NCBI GenBank assembly: GCA_965202585.1
Contig: OZ241833.1
Coordinates: 27,528,001 to 27,592,000 of the forward strand
Length of the DNA: 64,000 nucleotides
Origin: Thalia democratica
Lineage: Eukaryota
Direction: 5' to 3'
The notes below the pieces were generated by a model, which was not told where the DNA came from, searched no databases, and saw only the letters and a program-made list of their open reading frames with translations. This document shows, in pieces, positions 1 through 10,500 of the stretch (its first letter is position 1; each line of letters starts with the position of its first letter). A program made the translations under genes and the position numbers.

Positions 1-785
1 ATAACTGTACTTGCTAAAAGGTTATGTTTCATAACATTACAACACATACAGTCTATATATTGTATTACCTTATATTATTCGGTTATTCTAACACAATTTT
101 CTGTAATATACTTAAATCATCTACATCAAGTAAGACTCTTAGGTTAATAGACTTTTATAAAAAGATAGATATTTGAAAACTTTGCTCAGTAGTTCCTACA
201 TTATTTTACTTAAAAGTATGTCTATTAAATGTTAAATACGACTAAAAAAAATTGTTTTGTTTCCAACTGCGTTAGACTCAATAAGGTAAAATTACGGTTT
301 TATACTTTTTCAAAATCTGGAGGTTATAAAAACTATGTTTTCACTCGATAAAAATTTTTAGTTAAAAAAATAGTTCAGAATTGTACAAATTTGAAAAATA
401 GTTAAAAAACATGGTTTAGTCTGTGTTTAAAACATTTTATTACTGAAATTTTCTTCAACTTTTGCATAAGAAACATACTTATTTGAATTTTTTTTCAATT
501 TCTACGAAGAACTTCTTTTCTCATTGATTTTTTTTTTGAAATTATAACAAAGTTATTATATATATATATTTACTTATGAACTTTTAAAGTGTACTAACTA
601 CCATAATACACTGTTTACACAAGTACATTTAGTTAAAACTATAACTTTTTAACAAAAGTGAGAATCCTATTTTATATTTCTAAAGCTAAATTTGATTTAA
701 AGCAGCCAGCTAAATAAAATATCTCGATACAGAAAAATTGTATTGAAAAATGAGAGAGGGTAAACTTTTTTCTTTTTTATTTCGA

Positions 786-1283
786 GAGAACCATGACGTG
801 CTGTTGTCTCGGTCGAAGCGATTTGTGAGCTCTCTGTAGTTTTCATTTCTTACCGTTTATTTTTGCTGCTATTTCGATTGACAGGCATACATTTCAAACG
901 AACCGTTTCCTACCGAGGCACCTGCGATATTTGAATGTTGGTGGAGCGTTCACCGTCAACTTTAAGTAAAAAACTCATTCAAGAGCGCAGTTGCGAATCA
1001 TTGGTTGTCTTAGCAAAATTGGATTTTTATGTAAATAAAGAATCTATCTTAAGACTTACGGTTGTAAAAATGACTATAGAACGTCGATTAAGTCGGGCTG
1101 TAAAACGACGTTTTCTTATTAGTCGTATGTTTTTAATACAGGCCTTAAAATAAACGGCAGCTAAATGTTGAATGCAAACTTTATTCACAAGGTATTTTAC
1201 TGACAGTTTATTTCGTTGACGAAATTTTTCCAGACTTCGTGCATTGTTCACTTTTTATGGCCTTTCGATTAAATTGTAAAAGT
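786..1283. promoter_or_regulatory. Conserved non-coding block 1 (spacer, upstream of exon 1)
   Basis: Higher in GC and much better conserved than its flanks in all four units (B ~21168-21663, C ~40528-41020, D ~59480-59968). No frame is shared by all copies. Confidence 0.5.
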
Positions 1284-1624
1284 TTTTTTAATTTTTTAGT
1301 ATATTTAAATTTTATATAATTTATGCTTAAAACTATTAAATAGAAAAAAACTTAAAATCTGAAATATTGATAAAAAAAACGATTTTTTTTAAAACACATA
1401 ACAACTTGGTTTTATTATTTTTTCATATCTGTTTAAAACAATATAACAATTGATTAATTTCGATAAAACTTCTACAAAATTGTAGTTATCAATTTTAAAA
1501 CTGTTTACTTAATTTACTTTGCCAAATTTTTGCAATATGCATCGAAAAATAAACTTATTTAATTGAATAAACGTTTTTCATAAACTAGAATTTGTATAAA
1601 AATTAAAATTTTACAAATTTATAA

Positions 1625-2180
1625 TGAAACTTCCTGTTCAGTAATTGGGTTGAAAATTCGATTCAGCAAGCTTCAAAGGCCGCACTTGACTTTCACTTCC
1701 ATTCTTAATACGCGAGCCACTTAAAAACAATTTTAAATTAATGAGAAACACGCAAGTTTATTGCGAGCAATTAAATCTGGCTAATTATATGAAAACAAAA
1801 TTGTGAATGACGCAAGATAAAAGGTGAGAAATTTTCACTTTGATCACAAGTTTTCACTACAGCTCTGTACACTCTCTTAATATAGTTTTGTTAGGGTTTA
1901 TGAAAGTTTTCAAGCCAAATCCTCGTGTTTTGAGCACAAGTTTTTACAAAAAGGGGGAAAGTTGTTATTGTTGTTCGCTGGTTCATTGCTTGCCCCACTT
2001 GATGGTTCAACAACCCTTCATTTTTGTGAAGGCTGAAGTTGTCTGCCTCAAGTCGAGTGTAATTAGCAGCAACTTGCTTTGTTCAAATCTACCAAGTGTT
2101 TAAAACTGCACTTGAATAATGCGGCTAAGAATATATTTGATTTTTTAACTCAATGAATTTTATGTGCTTGAGTCAAGCTT
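1625..2180. promoter_or_regulatory. Conserved non-coding block 2 (spacer, upstream of exon 1)
   Basis: Near-identical in B ~22010-22575, C ~41360-41925 and D ~60315-60890, while flanks are indel-rich. Confidence 0.5.
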
Positions 2181-2741
2181 TGAGATTTGAGATTTCAGTG
2201 CAAATTGAGAGAATATTAAATGTTGTTAAATAACAAAAATAGACAAAAAAAATTCAGGTATTTCACAAAAAAAGTTAAAACATTTTAAACTTTTTAAAAT
2301 TTAGTAATCTAAGTTTAAAATTTCTATCACAGTTGTTTTTTAAATAAAAGTTAATTATATACTTGTCCCAAGGATTGCTTTGTAAATAGAATGCGCATGT
2401 TAATTTTGTGTATACTAAATAATAAACACAACTAAAACAAAATAATTTATTTAGTAAACTAATTAATCTTCATTTAAACCAGAACAACCTACTTATAGTT
2501 TTTGTTTTAAAATGCATACCTTACTTTAGTAATTAGTATGGTTTAATTTGAAACAGTTTAATATTTTTAGTAAAACGGAATAAGTTTTTTATTAATTTAT
2601 GTCATTAATTTTTTTACATATTGAAGCAAAAATGTATATGTTTTAATACTAAACAGTGTTTTCTTGAAACGTAAACTTGGTGTATAAAATTATGTTGTAT
2701 ATCTATCGAAAAACAATGTATTTATCTGTCTCAAAATCTTT

Positions 2742-3134
2742 ACAGGGTGACCACAAAACCTGGAATCCTTGTAAACCTGGAATGTTTAATTTATGCTAAT
2801 AAAATCTCGAACTTGAAAAATTGTGGATAAAACCTGGAATTTTGAACAAAATCACTAAAAAATTAGGACAAACCTATTATTTTAAACAATTTTTACATTT
2901 AGTGAAATTTCAATTTGACACAAAAAATCTATCATTTAGTAAAACATTAGCTTTTATCAAAAAAAAACTTCATTAAAAAACACATCTAAAGTTTTTGAAC
3001 AGTATTTTTTCAATGTTATTATCTTATTTAACACAGTTTTTACTTTTAATTTTATATCAAACTAAATTAAACCTAAATATATGTACTTTCAAAAACCTGG
3101 AAGAAATTACAGGAAAAACACTTGGCCACCCTGT
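2742..3134. mobile_element. MITE (non-autonomous DNA transposon), copy A only
   Basis: 12-bp TIRs ACAGGGTGACCA (2742-2753) and TGGCCACCCTGT (3123-3134), with internal AAACCTGGAA repeats. It lies in a ~620-bp A-specific insertion. No clean TSD was seen. Confidence 0.7.
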
Positions 3135-3312
3135 TCATATATTGTTTTCTAGTAAAACAGTTAAACCATTACAAGATTTGTTTTTACAGTTTTAGCTAAG
3201 TAACCTCGTTTCTCATAAGGTTTTGTTCTATTTATAGTTGTTTCTTATAATATATATCTTATTTATAAACTTCATTAACCAACTAGTATCTAACTTGACA
3301 ATTTTACGATAG

Positions 3313-4485
3313 GTGAAGTGTTTGGGCCAACTGTGAGACAGTATTACCCTCAACCAATAGGAGAAGAGATTTCCAGAGTCATTATGTACGATGGAACAGT
3401 CGTTAAAAATATGAAGGATGGTTCAACACAAGTCAGATTAATTTTTCTATATAAGTATCTAAATCTGGGTTTATTTTCAGTAATTAAATCTAAAAGAAAA
3501 TTTTATACTGACAAAATATATTTTAATTTAAAGAAAAAAACTACAATAAAGTTAACTTCTACTATTTAATCATAAAGGTATCATACCGGTGCTTGCACAA
3601 AAATTACTATGTATGTAAAATACGCATGGTAAAGTTGTTTATACTAAATACTTTTACATAAAAAAAACTTCATTTAAATTCGTAAACCTCTATTTTAAAG
3701 CATCAAAATGTTAAATATTTTATACTATATGTATATATATAATTTATTAGAAAAATAAGATTCTAAAAGTACTGGTACACGTGTTTCATAAGACTAGACG
3801 CCTTAGTCTTCAGCCAGCTAAATTTAAAATAAAAAGCACTTTGCTAAACATAGAAGCAAAAGTTTTACAAAAAAACAAAAAACATTATGACGTAATATTG
3901 TGAATTACAAGAATTCAGTACAAAAAATTACTGAAAGAAATTACTAAAGATTAAGGCGTCTAGTCTTATGAAACACGTTTACCAGTATTTTTAGAATCTT
4001 ATTTTTCTAATAAACTATTTAAAAGCCCTTCAAGTGGGCTCAGTAGAAGGTGTTTAAGTTTAAATAACAACTTTATTATATATATATATATAAAAGTTTA
4101 TTTCAAGATGTAAAACTCAAAGGACTCGAGTTTCGTGTCTATGCACTCATCAGCTTCAAAACAAGTTTAAAATAAAGTACAAAACAAAACACACAAATGA
4201 AAGTAAAAAAAATTAGCAATAAATTATGACGTAATTTGAAACTATCAAAAATCATGCAAAACGGCTTGTGCAAAAATTATTTTACCAATCGACAATAAAC
4301 TGGCAAAAATTCATAAAACTTCATTGAGTAAATACATATTACGACAGATAATTGAAAGAGATAAAGATAAAATTAAGGTACAAATTGAAATTTAGATTAT
4401 TCTAAGATGAAATTAAAACTTGTTAAACTTTTAAAGCGTTTTTTTTATGTCTACAAGACGATACAAACTCGCTTCTTTTATTTAT

Positions 4486-4516
<31 letters not shown>

Positions 4517-7500
4517 AATTCATATTTCAACTGTTTATATTAAATATGCTACCAAAAAACAAAATTTATCTAACTTATTCATTCTCTATAAGAACCTAAA
4601 ATCACTTAAACCTGAAAACATTTTATGTACAGATTTTATGTTTGGACAGAACAGTTCACACAGCAGGTTTCGATGAAGGTAATTTCCCTAAAGACGACCA
4701 AAACACCCCAAATTCCCCAAGTTATGTTGGGGACAGTTACAAAAAGAGTGAGTTTAAGTTATATGTTTCTGAATAAGAATTCTATTTATCTCTTAGTAAA
4801 AATTTAAGCAGGATAAGCTTGATAAGTTCAAAATCTAAAGATTTTAACCAGGTTCTTAAAGCAACACAGAGCTTTAAAAAAATTATTATCATCGATGCTT
4901 CTGACTATTGTTTCGTCGCTATTTGCAGCAATTATTAAACAAAAAATAATGTTTAGCAAATGAATTTTAAAAAGACAATTATAAGAAGTAGTAAATTTTT
5001 ATATACATTACTAAAAGAACATAAATCTATTTATTTTTAACTATTAAAACAACAAAAATACAAAAGCCAAAGTTTTAGTATTAACTTATTATTTTAAATT
5101 TTACTGTGATATTAACTTAAAGTAAATCACAAAATATTTCGTTTATCAAGTTTAACGCCGAATTATAAACTCAAGAACGCTGTTGTCAACAGAGTTAAGA
5201 GTTAATCTTTAAAGAATTACTTCAAAACTTTTCTTTGCTGCAATCACCCCTTTTCATCGCCACTCGAAAATCTTTCACTGCAACTAATTTTCTCACGACA
5301 GACTCTGTGGTGCAAGGGGGCGTTGTGAAAGGAGGAAATGGGAGAAAATCCAACGCAAAGGAGGAGAAAAGGGCCTCCAACTCGCACCGGAATCCAGCAA
5401 TTTACCTCCAACCATCTGATATTTATAAGTTTATAAAACTGTTTATATATTAAAAAATTGGCAAACTTTAAGTGCTAAAACATTTATAAAATCTTTGCAA
5501 CAATACATAAAAACTTGTAACTAATTCTGCATGTTTCACTTTTTGGTTGTAAACTAAAAATATACTATATACCCATTAAATTTTGGAAACCCTCAGTTTT
5601 TCTTGATTTAATGTATTTGAATTTAAAGCTCATAATAAATTATAGGATGTTTTAAAAGAAAAGAATTTCTCTTAAATATAGTAGTAATTTCAATTAAAAA
5701 TAGAATAATGAAATGCTTTACATTTTCTACTGATACGTTGTCTTTTTATTCTAACTAATTAACCAATCACAGATTGGATAATGGAGATCATACGGACCAA
5801 TTGTGGCAGACTACGTCAATATGCGGTGACGTCAGCATCACGTGCCATAACAAACCTTCTCAGCCAATCACCAAGCGAGTTTGCTACGTCGCCAAGGACC
5901 CAATCACTAGAGAGGTGAGTTTGAAAAATAAAAGCAAAATTTTGTTTTATTTAAAAACAAGATTAGGTAAAACAATATTTTATATTTCCTAAAGATGGCA
6001 GTAAAAAATTCAAACAGCAATACTCATTTAGTTTCTAGATTAAATATTCAAACTAAACTATATCAAATTAAAATGTTTTTTTTAGGAAAAAAGAAAGGTT
6101 TTTAATATTAAATCGAGCGGCACTAATCCCAGCTGATTGATCCTTTTCTCTTATTTCAAACAAAATCTTGTTTGCAGTAAACAAATAGTTTATGCAAATC
6201 CTATGAAGTTCATTAAAATTGACATTAATTTTAATTGCTTTGTCTGCTTTATTCATGCGTTAAAGTGCATTAAATTGCATTTGAACTGCTTTAATTTTGT
6301 CTTCAATTTCTAAGATAAAGTTTCATACCCGGTTTAATTGACTTGTAATTCCATTTTACTATCTTGTAAGTTTTCTATTGACATTTTAATTATTTCAAAT
6401 TGTCAAAATATCCTGTATTTCAAGTTAGCAATTTTTTAACTTTAAACTGTTTAACCTGTTTTTATTATCAATATATTTTACAGCGTATAAATCATTTTTC
6501 TTCAATTTAACAAACTTTATAAATTTGAAAAGTACTAAAAAGAAGTTTTTTATAACAAGTAGATTTTCGTGTTCTTTTAACTACTTGCGGGTCAATATTT
6601 ACTTGTTTAATTTTTATCAACTTGGGGTGAATAACACAAGGGGTCAGCAAACCATCAATCACGTGACTGTTTGAGCGTAACCAATCACATCGATTCAATC
6701 TTCCGACAAACACAAATTGCGTCAAAAAAAAAGTTGATCGGTTTCGCAATTGGTGTCAGCTCGCTAATTCAATTTGCTTTTTTAGCTGCCGTGAGAAAAA
6801 ATCCCCTTTAAATCCAATTTGTGTGTGGCGATTCGATTTCACGGCGTGACGTAAAAATGTGACGTCACAACTAGCAGATGCGCGATTCCCACCAGCAGCC
6901 TGTCAACTTTCACACACATGAAAGGATTTAAAAGGGGATTTCCCTTCCATCAAAAGATTTTGCGCATGTTGGGGTGAATTTAAGATGACCCTTGAAATGT
7001 TTGCGCGTCTTTTGTCATCGCCGCCCTCAATCCAAACACTAGAACCTGACTTAAGCCACTTTTTATATTATAAGCCACGTTTTTTGTTTTATTTTCCGAA
7101 TAGTGTTTTTGTGATGCCGTCGAGCTAAACTTTAATCTATCATCATAAACGCGCTCATGTATGAGCTAGAATGAGCTTAAAAGCTGCATTTTGGTTGATT
7201 GGTTGAAGTCACTGATGTGTGACGAACCAATTGACGGTGATTGGCCAATTTCAAAGTGACAATATCATGCCAAAAGTTATAATGCCCAGGTGCAATTTTT
7301 CTATTTGCAAGCGAAAATATTAACTGATGTAAAAATATCACAACTATTTCAAGTAGCTTGTTGTGATTTTCAAAGGGTTGTCAAGTGTGAGCTATAAAAA
7401 TTTCATAATAATGTATAGATAGTTTGAGTTTTCTTTTGCAATTTAAATAAATAAAAAGCTAGTTGCATTTTATTGGGTAATAAAGTTATAAGTATTCTTG

Positions 7501-10500
7501 CGCAGAATTGGATATGTGAAACGAAAATGTTTGTGATTGATAAATTTGAATGTTTGCATACAAACAAAAAGTTATGATTTATTTTTAATTTTAAATATAA
7601 TTAGTTGCTTTGAATATGTTTCTCTACTTTCAATTTGTTTAGTTACTTTGTGCTTAAAATTTCAAAACAATCTAAAAGAATTAACATGGAGTAAACATTA
7701 CCAACTTTATAAAAGCAAAAGTTTGACTATTTATTTTTTAAGAAACAATTGTGTAACAATTTATAAATATTAAGTTTAATAAATTAAAAATCTTACTTAT
7801 ACACTTCGTCTTATAAGCTGCTGTTAAAGACATTACTTAGAAACTTTTATAAAAAATGTTAATAAACTTGTTTACTAATTAATTTAATGAAAGATATAGA
7901 AAACTTTGTAATAATTTTTTAAACATTTTTAGTTTTTAAGTGTGTAAATATTGTTCGTTTATATTATAATATATATTGTACAAGTATATTTGTAAGTGTA
8001 GATATCTTTGTTTTAATGAACTATTATTATTGTTTTTAACTTGAAATTTGTCTTAATACAACGCCAGAACAATAAAAATTTTCAAACATAAAGTAAAGTT
8101 CAAGCACTGAAAAATTTCCTTCTTGAAAAGCTGTTAACTAAGCTTGGAGTCTAGCTTAAATAAATTTAAAGATTTAAAAATATATTATGTAAATAAAACT
8201 ATATTTCCTTACATAACTTTTTTTTACTTATGTATACAGTTTTTTTATTCTGTTTCTAAATTTAAAATACTAAGACTGTTAAGCTAATTATTTTAAAAGT
8301 TTTTTTTCTATTTCATCAAGACGTTATAAAATTATAACTTATTATATTTTCCCAGGTAATGTACAGTTTAGAGGACAGTACAGTTCTGGTTGAAAGACCT
8401 GACGGTGGACTGGTTTGTGACCACGAAGACGGAACCAGAATAACCAAATTTTTCACCTACGACCAATTCGGTTAGAATTTTTTAAATATTTTATTTCTAA
8501 GGTATTTTTTGTTTTAAGCATTTTTTAAAACAAACTGTTTTACAAGGTTAAGTATAAAATAAAGTTTCTGAATACTAATTTTATGTGTTTTTACAGGCCA
8601 CATAGTATGGCTGGTTCGAGTTGAATGTGAAGGATTTGCCACTGTCACATTCGATCTGACAAATGGCGAGTCCATGACCTTATTTGGAAGTGGTACAACT
8701 CTGTCCATGTCTCAGGATCAGGACTACAAGGTTTAAATGGTTTTAAATAGTTTTCTTTTAATTAAAAGAAACTAGTTCTGCTATTATTTAGGCGTGTGAG
8801 TTTACTTATAACTGTTTTAATATTTTTCCTTGTTTTTACAAAAGCTCAAGTTCAGAAAAATTAGTAGAAAGCAACTAAATTTATTTAAAATAAAAGCACC
8901 AAAGTTATATTTTTATTTTCCACCAAATACTTTTCCAACATCAAATATTAAATAAACAATCAAACAAAAGTTGTTTATTAAAATTAAACCCAATCAACAA
9001 CAGCTGTCGCATTGGACGGGGGGAATCTTCGTGCTTTCCCGCGGCGGCACCGCCCTCTACCGACCTGCCCCCGAAACCCCACCGACCAGGAAGCGATCGG
9101 ACACGGACATCAGCAGGGAGAACGTCGGAGGTGAGGAGAACTTCTCAGGCGAGGAGGAGCAGGTCACTTATTTGTTACGTCACAATGACCCCGTCTGCTT
9201 CGAAATGAGCTACTTCGACGGCAACGTTTTTCAGGTTCAAGTTTTGTTTTTTTATAATTTATTTATTTTTGTATCACTTTAAAGTTTTTAAAACATTTAC
9301 ACATTGTCAAGTAATTTTTATAAACACGAAAAAAGTATCCACTTTTTCTCGAGCTAAACAACTTTCTCCCCACAGATCAGGAACAACAGGTGTGTGACGT
9401 CATACAACGCGCATCAGGGCTGCGTGGAGGAATATGAAGACGAGGAGGGGGAAAACCCTACAATGAATATCGAGGGTCAGCAAAAGTACCTGAAAAAATA
9501 CTCAAAACACCCGCCCAGGTGAAAATATGTGAACATTGGTTTGACTTATTTTAGAAAGATAAGTAGAGGTTTTTAATCAAAACTGTAAAAATGTAAGGCG
9601 AATCTATTTTTCATTTACTAAACAATTTGTTAAGTTTTTTACAACATTTATATTTTCTTATTTTCAAAATATTTGCTTTAAAAATCCATAAATGAAAACT
9701 TAAATGTTACTACTACCTTTATGCCGAAGTCAAAAACAGGCTTAATAAAATTTAGTTTCCTAGGACAAAATAATGAACCAGAATTTGCTTTTCTGCTGAA
9801 TAGGATTAAAAATTCTTAATTCAGTTTTGTTATGCCGTTAAAATTCATGCTGCGTAGATGAATTAAATATGCAAGTGTTTTTGTTCTTTGTGGGAATATT
9901 TTAAATTAGTGTTTCATAAGTAATCAACTGCTACAAGAAAGAAAAATTAAACATCTTTAAATAAATTTTAACGCGGCGCAACATTATATAAAATTTATTT
10001 CATGGTTGTAAAGTCATCATCAAAAGTAATTTATTATCAGTAGTTTAAAACGTTTCCTTGAAAATTTATTAAACATTGTTTAAATACATTTTAAATTTTG
10101 TAATAGTTCGTTTAAAGTTTGAATAAATGTTTCTTTTTTTCGTTCAATAGAGAAAACATATTTTTGTAACATATTTTTCTCATAAATTTGTAGTTTTGTC
10201 CACAGAATTTGCTAACTAAATGAACAAAAATAAATAAACTTAAAATATCAAATTAGAATATGTGAAACTAAAAGTTTAAAGTTGTGTACTCTAAAATAAA
10301 CAAACTAAAGTGCTTATTCTTTTTTTGCAGATTATTTGTAGTCAAGAATGACGGAAGCGGATACGAATTGTTACGTCATAGTGACGTCAAACCTTCCATA
10401 CAGGCTGCCGAATTGGACCAGTTCACTGCTGTTGTCAAGGACCAGTTGCTAGGTGACACAACCGCAGTTGGTACGTTGCACTCGTACATCAATTGCTAAA

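Noticed and set aside
935-1153. 72-aa + strand ORF (MLVERSPSTL...), also at 21316-21534
   Set aside because: Ten amino-acid differences between A and B, and 1-nt frameshifts in C and D, so it is not under coding constraint as a full ORF. Only the first 31 nt are kept as a speculative mini-exon.
4770-4790. TGAATAAG-AATTCTATTT resembling the two halves of the Ciona spliced leader
   Set aside because: The halves are in the wrong order, the match is not kept in B or D, and it is expected by chance in AT-rich DNA.
5235-5301. Upstream extension of exon 3 (MLQSPLFIATRKSF...)
   Set aside because: Lies before the branch point and acceptor CTCACGACAG that give the correct phase, so it is intronic read-through.
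6068-6256. Minus-strand ORFs over conserved block 3 (…YLFTANKILFEIREKDQSAGISAARF…)
   Set aside because: The upstream frame differs between copies (1-nt indel in A, TGA in B). Conservation is better explained by non-coding motifs, despite the 72-bp in-frame-sized deletion.
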